A stretch of 64,000 nucleotides of DNA. Source: Gaiellales bacterium. Lineage in GTDB: Bacteria; Actinomycetota; Thermoleophilia; BMS3ABIN01. Numbering within the stretch: position 1 is the stretch's first letter; the number at the start of each line of letters is the position of its first letter. Shown here piece after piece: positions 11,574 through 20,828 of the stretch. Below the pieces are notes generated by a model that was given only the letters and a program-made list of their open reading frames with translations, searched no databases and was not told the origin of the DNA. The DNA is taken from positions 29,927-93,926 of the forward strand of contig QZKG01000022.1 of the NCBI GenBank assembly GCA_003599855.1, read 5' to 3'. The position numbers and the translations under genes were made by a program.

Positions 11574-12242
11574 TCAGACGCGCCCGTAAGCGACCAGGTG
11601 GCGGTCGCTCGCTGCCTGCACCACGAAATGGTCGAGCCGGGCCGCGCGCAGCTGTTCCCGGACCTCGTCGAGCCGGTAAGCCGCCAGCAGTGAATGGTAA
11701 AAGTCATGCTGCAAGAGCTCCGGCTCGCCCCCGGCATGGGCCTTGACCAGCCTGACGGCGTCGTCGGCGCTCGCCGGTCGCATCAGGTCCATCACGAAAA
11801 CCGGAGCCCCCGGGAGGGCGAGGCGCCGGGCCGTGTCCCAGAGGGACATGGGATCGGCCAGGTGGTGCAGCAGGCTGTTGCTGATCACGATGTCATAGTG
11901 GTCCCTGGGCGGGTCGAAATCCGGCAGCAGCCCGTAGCAGAGCCTGATGCGCTTCTCGAGACCGCGGTCGCCGCCGACGATCATCCGCCCGAACTTGAGC
12001 ATCGCTCGCGAACCGTCGATGCCGTGCACCTCACATTCGGGAAAGGCCCGCGCGAAGCGCGCCGAGATGTCGCCGGGGCCGCAGCCCAGATCCAGGACGA
12101 AGCCGCAGGAAACGACATCGGGGAAAGCGAGCCGGAACTCCTCGATGAAGTTCTCGTGGGGTTCCTCGAAGTCGGCGCCCGCGTAAACACGCGCCTGCTC
12201 CTCGTCCAGCATCAGCTCCGGTTCCGGAATCCGCTCCATCAA
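11574..12242 (-). CDS. Class I SAM-dependent methyltransferase
   Basis: Motif I VLDLGCGPGD and typical Rossmann MTase layout. Confidence 0.75.
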   Translation of the reverse strand: MMERIPEPELMLDEEQARVYAGADFEEPHENFIEEFRLAFPDVVSCGFVLDLGCGPGDISARFARAFPECEVHGIDGSRAMLKFGRMIVGGDRGLEKRIRLCYGLLPDFDPPRDHYDIVISNSLLHHLADPMSLWDTARRLALPGAPVFVMDLMRPASADDAVRLVKAHAGGEPELLQHDFYHSLLAAYRLDEVREQLRAARLDHFVVQAASDRHLVAYGRV

Positions 12243-12282
12243 CCCCTGACCGCTCTCTTCGCTGTCGCCACTGACCGGGTCG

Positions 12283-12966
12283 TCATCGCTCCCACTTGCT
12301 CTGCTTGCCCTCCTCCGGGTACCTGTAGGCCCGGTCCGGGAAGAAGAAGACGATCTCCTCGGCTTCCTCCCGCGACAGGCCGGTTACCCGGATCACGCCG
12401 TCCACGATCGGCTCGGCCACAGGCAGGACCGCCCTGACTTTCTCGTTATAGACGACGGCCAGACTGACCTGTCCGCCGGACTCGCCGGCCGCGGCTGCCA
12501 TGGAGGCGGTCATCCGCTGCAGCCTGAGGGTGTTGTCGCGGCCCTGCTCGTCATCCATCTGGAACACCACGTCGAAGCTGCCGTCAGCCGCCGGCGCCGC
12601 CTCGGCATAGAAGATGTCGTACTGCGTGAAGAAGAAACTGCTCACGAGGACCCAGGGGACGGTGGCCGCCTGGTCCGCCCCGCCCGCTCCTGCCCCTGGG
12701 AAGATGAGCCTGCCCGGCGGCAGGCTGCCCGGGTCGAGGCTCCCGGCCTGCGCCTGGCGCGACAGCTCCTGGTCAACTTCCATGATCCTCAGCCGCCCCT
12801 CGCGCTCGAAACTGGTATACGTGTTCACCCCGTCGCCGAGCTCCGGGGCATCGGCGCAGCCGCCGGCGAGGGCCAGGGCCGCCGACAGGACCGCCAGCGA
12901 CAGGGCCATGCGAGCCAATCTGCCCGGTAACGCCCGCTTGAGGCGATGGTCCACGCGCAGCTCCAC
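12283..12966 (-). CDS. Hypothetical lipoprotein. Start more likely at internal Met 12909 (MALSLAVLSAALALAGGC).
   Basis: Signal peptide plus lipobox; no recognisable domain. Confidence 0.45.
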   Translation of the reverse strand: MELRVDHRLKRALPGRLARMALSLAVLSAALALAGGCADAPELGDGVNTYTSFEREGRLRIMEVDQELSRQAQAGSLDPGSLPPGRLIFPGAGAGGADQAATVPWVLVSSFFFTQYDIFYAEAAPAADGSFDVVFQMDDEQGRDNTLRLQRMTASMAAAAGESGGQVSLAVVYNEKVRAVLPVAEPIVDGVIRVTGLSREEAEEIVFFFPDRAYRYPEEGKQSKWER

Positions 12967-12969
12967 TGC

Positions 12970-13335
12970 CTACTTCTTCCTGGCCGTGTCGAGGACCGAC
13001 CGGAAGTCCCGGGGCGCCGGCTTGTCGGCGATGATGAAATCATATAACTGGTCGGCGAGCTCCGGGTAGCGGTACAACTCGTCCCGCAGACGCCGCTGGC
13101 GGTACTCGAAGAAATACTCCGGCTTCACCCGGAGAGCCCTGGCGATGACCTTGACTACCTGGTTGGCCGGCACGGGCCGGGTGCCGCAGGCAAGGTGGTT
13201 GAGGTAGCCCGCGGAGAGCTTGGTCCTGGTCGCCAGGCGGCGATAGCTCATCCTGCGCTCTTCCATCAGGTCGCGCAGGGCGTCCGCGAAGGGCGCCGAG
13301 GAATTGGCGATATCGTCACTTTTCCCGCTCTTCAC
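12970..13335 (-). CDS. XRE-family helix-turn-helix transcriptional regulator
   Basis: HTH_3-like segment (MSYRRLATRTKLSAGYLNHLACG). Overlaps the trpA stop by 4 nt. Confidence 0.7.
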   Translation of the reverse strand: MKSGKSDDIANSSAPFADALRDLMEERRMSYRRLATRTKLSAGYLNHLACGTRPVPANQVVKVIARALRVKPEYFFEYRQRRLRDELYRYPELADQLYDFIIADKPAPRDFRSVLDTARKK

Positions 13336-14119
13336 CTTTCCAGCCTCCCGCCTGTCTCCTTTAAGAGGGATTCGATCTCTTCGCAGGCCGTCCCGATGTC
13401 AGGCGCGTCGCGCACGATGGATATCAGCCTGCTGCCGATGATGACGCCGTCGGCGTACTGGGCGACTTCCGCCGCCTGCTCGGGTGTGGAGACGCCGAAA
13501 CCCACCGCCAGGGGGACGTCGGTGCGCATCCTCACCCGCCCGAGGAAATCTGGCAGGCCGCTGCTCAGGGTAGTCCTCGCGCCGGTCACACCGGCCACGG
13601 AAACGCAATAGATGAAGCCTGAAGCGTTCTCGGCGATGAGCCGTATTCTATCATCAGTGCTGGTGGGCGCCACCAGCAGGATAGGGTCGACGCCGGCCCC
13701 ACGGCAGGCGTCCAGGAACTCCCCGGCCTCGTCCACCGGCAGGTCAGGCGCCACCAGCCCGGAGACCCCGGCTGCGGCGGCGGCCTTGACGAAGCGCTCC
13801 TGCCCGTAGGCCAGCACGCAATTGTAATAAACCAGCAGCACGACAGGCAGCCGGCCGCTGTATTCCCGGGCCAGGTCCAGCACGTCGTCCGTGTTGACGC
13901 CCGCCTCCAGCGCCTGTTGCGTGGAAGCCTGCACCACCGGGCCGTCGGCCAGCGGATCGGAGTAGGGCACCCCCAGCTCGATCATGTCCGCGCCCCCGGC
14001 TATGAAGGCGTCGAGCACGCGCCGGCAGCCGTCCATGTCGGGGTAGCCGCCGGTAGTGTAGGGCATCAGCAGCGCCTTCCTCTCGCGGCTGTCAAAAAGC
14101 TCTCTGAGGACGCTGGCGC

Positions 14120-14123
<4 letters not shown>
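13332..14123 (-). CDS. trpA: Tryptophan synthase alpha chain
   Basis: TrpA family motifs ([22 protein letters not shown]). Overlaps the trpB stop. Confidence 0.9.
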
Positions 14124-15297
<1,174 letters not shown>

Positions 15298-15301
<4 letters not shown>

Positions 15302-15939
15302 TTATCGAGGTTCTTCACTTGTTCAAACAGCCTTTCCAAGCTGGCCTTATCCTTGATCCCCGGCGCTGATTCGATGCCGCTGGATACGTCCAGCGCAAAG
15401 GGCGACACCTGCCGGTGTGCCTGCGCGATGTTACCCGGTCCGAGGCCCCCGGCGAGGATCAGCCGGCCCCCTCTGAACGCTTCAGGCAGACCCGCCGCCA
15501 GGCTCCAGTCGAAGCTCTCGCCGGTCCCGCCCCTCCGCCCGGGATGATAAGTATCTAGCAGAAGGAAGTCGGTGTCAAACTGGACAACGCCCTCCAGCGA
15601 CCCGGGCCCGGAGACCCGCAGCGCCTTGATGATGATCAGCCCGGTTGCTTCCTTCACCTCACGGCAGAAGGCAGCCGTCTCCTCGCCGTGGAGCTGCAGG
15701 GCGGTAAGCCCTGAGGCGCTCGCCGCGGCGGACATCTCCCCCAGGGACGCGTTGACGAACACGCCGACCCGCATCACTCCCGGGGGCGCGTCCCTGAAGA
15801 TGGCCGCGGCCTCTTCGGCTCCTACCCGCCGGGGGCTCTCCGGCGCGAAGACCGCGCCCAGCGCCCAGGCGCCGGCGGCCGCGGCCGCGTCAGCGTCGCT
15901 CCTGCGCGTCAATCCGCATATCTTTATCCTGGGCTGCAT
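15298..15939 (-). CDS. trpF: Phosphoribosylanthranilate isomerase
   Basis: [12 protein letters not shown]... PRAI family. Real start is ATG at 15939; the 312-aa track ORF has a spurious N-terminal extension. Confidence 0.85.
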
Positions 15940-16066
15940 GTTCCTATACTGCCACTTCGGGCGCCGACCGGCAAAACCGGCCAGGGCGGCGGGCTGTCGC
16001 GCGGCATTAAAAAAGGCGACCACCGGGAAGCACCGGGGACCGCCGCGGGCGCGCTCCGCGAGTGCG

Positions 16067-17596
16067 CTACTCGTGGATGTGCACCGGCGTCCCCAGCGGC
16101 GTCCACTCGAAGACGTACTTGGCGGTCTCCACGGGCAGGCCGACGCAACCGTGACTGCTGCGCTGCCCGAAGGCCGTCGCCCAGTAGTTGCCGTGGATGG
16201 TGTAATCGCCCATGAACACCAGCACCCAGGGGACATCCGGGGCGAAGTAACCCTCGCCGCGCATATCGGTCTTGGTTATCTTGGCGTAGATGGTGTAATC
16301 GCCCAGCGGCGTCGATGTCGACGGCAGGCCGGTCGAGGCCAGGAACGACTCCACCGCCACGCCGTTCTCATAGAGAGTCAGCGTCTGGGAGGAGATGTCC
16401 ACATCGATGGACTTGTACGGCGCCGTTGTGAAGGTGCTGATGATGTCCGAGTCGATGAAACCGCCGCTGATGCCCCTGAGGCTGTCCGGACCGCCCTTGA
16501 CGCTGACGGTGACGTCGGACAGGTGTTCCCAGGGCGCAGCGGGAACAAACTCCAGGCGGTTGGGCTCCAGCCAGCTGAAGCTGCCGTCGACCCTTGGCTC
16601 CACCGAGACCACTTTGTCGATGACCTCGGGGTTTGACACCGGCTCGCTGAACACAAGCGTGGGGTGCGCTTCGGTGCTGGCGCCGGTGATGCCGTCACCG
16701 GGCTCGAGCTGCAGCCCCAGCGAGGGCGCCGTGACCACCGTCCCGGCTACCGGCTGCTGCATCTGGCGGCCATTGACCGACTCCGCCGAGGACACCGTGA
16801 TGGGGTATGACTGGCCCTGGGAGAAACTGGCCAGGGTGATCCTGGCCGTCTTGCCCTCGCCGCCGTCGATGACAGCCGTGCTCTCGATGCCTTCCAGTTC
16901 GTAGTCGAAGCTGCGGATGGGAGTGTTCCATTCAAGGACAGCCTCTTCCCCGTACCTGACCACCAGGCCGTCCTCGGGGATGATGGGCATCGGCGTGATA
17001 ATGGTCGTGAAGACGTGGACCTCTTCCACCGGGGTGCTGGTGATACCCGACAGGCCGATCTCCTTGACCGTTCCCGTGACGGTGACCGTATACTGTGCGT
17101 CCGGGATGAGTGGGTTGGAACCGTCCTTGAGGACGAACCTGCCGTCCCTGACGGCGCCGTCGAGGATACGCGAATCGTAGCGCGCACCATCGGCCGCCAC
17201 CTTCTCCTCCTTCACCATCACGGTGGCGATGGACGCGCCCCACATGGCCGTCGAGATCTCCAGCGACTGGCTCGCAGGATCCACTTCCGTCCCTCCGTCA
17301 GACGGGGAGACCTTGATGGATGGCGGGAACACCACCAGCAGGAGTACTACAGCGATGATGGCGATGAGCAGGATCGAACCCAGGACGATCGAAGCGACCT
17401 TGAGCGCCCTGGCCGCCGCCTTGGGCTCCGGCACACCAGGTATTTCGTTTGCGGCTTCCCTGCTCAGCTTGACCTTCCCGGGGTTTCGTGGATACCAGAT
17501 GGAACAATCATAAAAATAGCATTCCCCAAAACGGCGCCGTTTAACATCAGGCCCGGCAGCCGACGGGCCGCCTGGCCCGGCTGCGGGGAGGAGCAT
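16067..17596 (-). CDS. L,D-transpeptidase (YkuD domain, SHGCVGL catalytic motif) with N-terminal membrane anchor and Ig-like domains
   Basis: C-terminal YkuD motif HGNYWATAFGQRSSHGCVGL. First ATG is 17596; the track start 17770 runs through an upstream hairpin. Confidence 0.75.
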   Translation of the reverse strand: MLLPAAGPGGPSAAGPDVKRRRFGECYFYDCSIWYPRNPGKVKLSREAANEIPGVPEPKAAARALKVASIVLGSILLIAIIAVVLLLVVFPPSIKVSPSDGGTEVDPASQSLEISTAMWGASIATVMVKEEKVAADGARYDSRILDGAVRDGRFVLKDGSNPLIPDAQYTVTVTGTVKEIGLSGITSTPVEEVHVFTTIITPMPIIPEDGLVVRYGEEAVLEWNTPIRSFDYELEGIESTAVIDGGEGKTARITLASFSQGQSYPITVSSAESVNGRQMQQPVAGTVVTAPSLGLQLEPGDGITGASTEAHPTLVFSEPVSNPEVIDKVVSVEPRVDGSFSWLEPNRLEFVPAAPWEHLSDVTVSVKGGPDSLRGISGGFIDSDIISTFTTAPYKSIDVDISSQTLTLYENGVAVESFLASTGLPSTSTPLGDYTIYAKITKTDMRGEGYFAPDVPWVLVFMGDYTIHGNYWATAFGQRSSHGCVGLPVETAKYVFEWTPLGTPVHIHE

Positions 17597-17845
17597 GCGA
17601 TTCTGAGCAGTATAGCAGACATTTTTACCAGGATTCCAGAAGTTTTGCAGGAAAAAACCGGCGGCCGCCCGCGGCGGTTTTGCGTCGCGCCGTAACTCTG
17701 CTATTTTTTTGTTACCATCTTTTTTTCGGCCGGTGGGGAAACTCCTGCCGGCAGCCCCGGCAGCAGGCATCCGATCATCCGGTCAGCGCACGTGGCCGCG
17801 CTTGCCGGGGCTGGCAAAACAACACTTATCGACCAGGAGTTCACC

Positions 17846-18865
17846 ATGGCCCGTAAAGCAATAGCCCTCCTGTCGGGCGGCCTCGACAGTCGCCTGGCGG
17901 TAAAGATGATGCTCGACCAGGGCATCGAGCTCGAGGCAATCAACTTCGTCACGGTCTTCTGCACCTGCACCGCCAAGGGGAGCTGCAAGTCCGAGGCCCG
18001 CGCTGCCGCCGAGGAGTTCGGCATCCCGCTCAAGGTCCTGAACGCCACCGACGAGATCCTGGCGGCCATCAGGGATCCCCGTCACGGCTTCGGCCGGGGC
18101 ATCAATCCCTGCCTCGACTGCCGCATCAGCATGTTCAGACGGGCTGCCCGTCATATGCGGGAACAGGGAGCCGACTTCCTGGTGACCGGTGAGGTCTGGG
18201 GCGAGCGGCCCATGTCCCAGCGCCCCGAGGCGATGCGGATCATCGAAGAGGAGTCCGGCCTCAAGGACCTGATCGTGCGGCCGCTCTCGGCGCACCTGTT
18301 CGAGCCGAGCCTGCCCGAGCGCAGAGGCTGGGTCGACCGCGAGAAGCTGATGGCTATCCGGGGCCGGTCGCGCAAGCCGCAGATGCAGCTGGCAGCGGAG
18401 ATCGGCGTGAACGACTACCCCTGCCCCGCGGGGGGCTGCCTGCTGTGCGAGAAACAGTTCGCCGCGCGCCTGAAGCGGCTGCTGGCAGAGGACCCCGACC
18501 CGGCGGTCGCCGACATCCGCGCCCTGAGGCTGGGCCGAATTTTCTACACCAGCGACGGCGGGCGGGTCATCATCCCCCGCAACGAGGAAGAGACGAAGAA
18601 GCTAACCGCCCAGGCGCGCGAGGGCGACATCATGATGAGCGCTGTTGACCACATGGGCCCGACCGCGGTCGTCAAAAGCAACGGCGGCTCGGGTACGACC
18701 CTGGAAGAGGCTGCGGCCCTCACCGCCCGCTACGGGCAGGGGCGCGACGAGGATACAGTGGCTGTAGGCTACTGGCTCCAGGGCGACGAGGAACAGGAGC
18801 GGACGATCATCACGGCCTCTCCGGCGGCGGGGCACGAGCTGGCCGAGCGCCTGGAGAGGCTGTGA
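17846..18865 (+). CDS. PP-loop superfamily ATP pyrophosphatase, ThiI/TtuA-like putative (tRNA) sulfurtransferase
   Basis: SGGLDSRLA PP-loop motif 9 aa after ATG 17846. AGGAG SD lies 6 nt upstream. Cys clusters CTCTAKGSC and CPAGGCLLC. Track start 17792 is GTG. Confidence 0.65.
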   Translation: MARKAIALLSGGLDSRLAVKMMLDQGIELEAINFVTVFCTCTAKGSCKSEARAAAEEFGIPLKVLNATDEILAAIRDPRHGFGRGINPCLDCRISMFRRAARHMREQGADFLVTGEVWGERPMSQRPEAMRIIEEESGLKDLIVRPLSAHLFEPSLPERRGWVDREKLMAIRGRSRKPQMQLAAEIGVNDYPCPAGGCLLCEKQFAARLKRLLAEDPDPAVADIRALRLGRIFYTSDGGRVIIPRNEEETKKLTAQAREGDIMMSAVDHMGPTAVVKSNGGSGTTLEEAAALTARYGQGRDEDTVAVGYWLQGDEEQERTIITASPAAGHELAERLERL

Positions 18866-19026
18866 GCCTCCCCTGGAAAACCCGGGCGCAGAACGGTTTA
18901 TCCGAATCCTTTTACGGGCATCAGTGTCTAATGTAATGTCTGTGGCTATCCGAAATCAGATGTATTATTATAATCCAAGCACAATTGTAAGCTTTATTTC
19001 TTCGCTCCAAGGGAGGTTCGGCAATC

Positions 19027-19374
19027 GTGATTGTTCCTGAGACAAAGACCGTCGCTGTGTTCGGCTCGCGCTACCTCGATTCCTGTTCGGGTGGCTGAGG
19101 CCCAAGCTGGTCTCTGGAAGAGATCACTGCCGCTATCAACCGCCAGCTCGACGAGGACTTCGGCGGGACCGCGAAATTGCGCTACGTCGACTTCGACTCA
19201 GAGGACCTGGCCGATTACCCCGATGTCTACCAGAAGGTCGTCGACCGCGAGGTCGAGCCGGGACTGATCATCATCGAGGATACCATCCGTCCCATCTGGG
19301 ATGTCCCCTATAACCGGCTGGTGGACGAGTTCGAACGGCTGGGAGCCACCAGGCTGGAGCGCAAGGCTTCCTGA
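19027..19374 (+). CDS. ArsD/YuzD-like thioredoxin-fold protein with in-frame UGA at 19096..19098 (selenocysteine candidate), 115 codons
   Basis: AAGGGAGG SD lies 10 nt before GTG 19027. Reading gives VAVFGSRYLDSCSGG-[TGA]-GPSWSLEEITAAINRQL...GLIIIEDTIRPIWDVPYNRLVDEFERLG. The segment after the TGA has no start or SD of its own. Recalled similarity to ArsD (CCSTGVCG...GLPLLLLDGETVMAGRYP). Confidence 0.55.
19108..19126 (+). promoter_or_regulatory. Candidate bacterial SECIS-like hairpin. It starts 10 nt after the UGA; 8-bp stem, GGA apical loop.
   Basis: UGGUCUCU-GGA-AGAGAUCA. Loop G residues lie 17 nt downstream of the UGA. Confidence 0.35.
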
Positions 19375-19403
19375 TCCAGCAGGAAACGCACCACGATGAA
19401 CAG

Positions 19404-19433
19404 GCGGCGCCTCCGGGCGCCGCTTCTTGTTGC
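19404..19433 (+). terminator. Rho-independent terminator after the ArsD-like gene
   Basis: GGCGGCGCC-UCCG-GGCGCCGC followed by UUCUUGUUG. Confidence 0.7.
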
Positions 19434-19615
19434 CTCCACGGCTCTGCCCAGATGCCGGCTACGGTCCTGGCGCGGAGCGCGACAACTGGTTATAAATGAT
19501 CAGACTTGCCTATACCGCTGTTCCGGCGCAACCAATATAATGGTCCCGCTTACGCGGCGGCGGCAGTAGCGCACCACGACAGCCCCGCGCCAACCCCCGA
19601 AGAAGGAAGGTCCGT

Positions 19616-20113
19616 ATGGGCAGGAAGCTGTTGACCTACGCACTGGCGCTTGTTCTAGCTGTCAGCTTCGCCGCCGCCGCATCATCCTGCGGCTCTGATG
19701 AGGCAGGCAAGACTGCTACAGCCGGGACGGCCACGAAGAAGGATAAGACCACGAAAAAGGACAAGACATCCCGCCAGGACAGGACCGCCACCACCAGCGG
19801 CGACCTTCCCGACGCCGAGCAGATCCAGGAAGACCTCATCGATGAGTCGATTGTCGATCCCAACCTGGGCGAGTGGGTCTTCGAGGACCTGTCCGAGTTC
19901 GTCGAGTTCGATATCGTGGACAGCGAAGTCTCGCGGGATCCCGATGACTTCGAAGTGGCGGAGTTCGTCATCGACGTGAAGCTCGAGGACATCAACGATG
20001 GCCGGCAGTACAACGGCCAGCTGAATGTGACTTATGAGCGCCGGGCGGAGGACATGCCCTGGCGGTTGATCGACGTCTCGGGCGAGTACCGCAGCGCCGG
20101 GCCGTCGATCTGA
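19616..20113 (+). CDS. Hypothetical lipoprotein (acidic)
   Basis: GAAGGAAGG SD; signal peptide plus lipobox AAASSCG; K/T-rich linker, then acidic domain. Confidence 0.6.
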   Translation: MGRKLLTYALALVLAVSFAAAASSCGSDEAGKTATAGTATKKDKTTKKDKTSRQDRTATTSGDLPDAEQIQEDLIDESIVDPNLGEWVFEDLSEFVEFDIVDSEVSRDPDDFEVAEFVIDVKLEDINDGRQYNGQLNVTYERRAEDMPWRLIDVSGEYRSAGPSI

Positions 20114-20171
20114 CTGCCGGGCCTCACCGGAGGGCGCTCCCAGCGGTTGTGGGTTTCCCGGCGGAGCCGCG

Positions 20172-20828
20172 CTAGAAATACCGCGCCGGTAAAAAGAGTC
20201 GGTAGAGCTCCCGCAGCACGTCGTAGAAGAGGCTGCCGAAGCCGAAGGGGCCCCAGAGGACGAAGAGCAGGATGATGATGAACACCGGGCCGTACTGGTC
20301 GAGCTGCAGCCACTTGTAGTAGACACGCGGGTGCAGCAGGCCGCCGACGATGCGCGAGCCGTCCAGGGGCGGGATCGGCAGCAGGTTGAAGACCATCAGG
20401 ATGACGTTGAGCTGGAAGACCCTGAGGATGGCGATCTCGAGGAAATCGCTGGACGGGTCCCAGAAGCCCAGCAGCGTCGAGCAGGCCAGCACCAGCAGCA
20501 GGTTGGAGCCCGGCCCGGCCATGCCCACCAGCATCATGCCCCGCTGAGGGTCGCGGAAGCGGCGCATGCTGATGGGAACGGGTTTGGCCCAGCCGAAGAG
20601 CATGTTCCCCCCCGAACCGAAGTAGGTCATGAAGAGCATGAGGGAGCCCAGGGGATCCAGGTGTTTCAACGGGTTCAGGGAGAGGCGGCCCTGCCTCATG
20701 GCTGTGTCGTCCCCCAGGCGGTATGCCACGTAGCCGTGGGACACCTCGTGGAAGACCATCGATACCATCAGTGCCGGCAGGGTGATGACGAACTGGAGGA
20801 TGAACTGGCTGTCGATGGCCCCGTTCAC
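20172..20828 (-). CDS. Site-2 protease family (peptidase M50) membrane metalloprotease
   Basis: HEVSHG HExxH motif within TM helix; LDG motif (NLLPIPPLDGSRI). GTG start overlaps the upstream stop (GTGA). Confidence 0.8.
   Translation of the reverse strand: MNGAIDSQFILQFVITLPALMVSMVFHEVSHGYVAYRLGDDTAMRQGRLSLNPLKHLDPLGSLMLFMTYFGSGGNMLFGWAKPVPISMRRFRDPQRGMMLVGMAGPGSNLLLVLACSTLLGFWDPSSDFLEIAILRVFQLNVILMVFNLLPIPPLDGSRIVGGLLHPRVYYKWLQLDQYGPVFIIILLFVLWGPFGFGSLFYDVLRELYRLFLPARYF

Noticed and set aside
16011-16050. Possible trp leader/attenuator or T-box upstream of trpF.
   Set aside because: The only ~70 nt contain a GC hairpin plus U6 that reads as the terminator of the upstream L,D-transpeptidase gene. 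There is no Trp-codon leader peptide and no T-box specifier structure.
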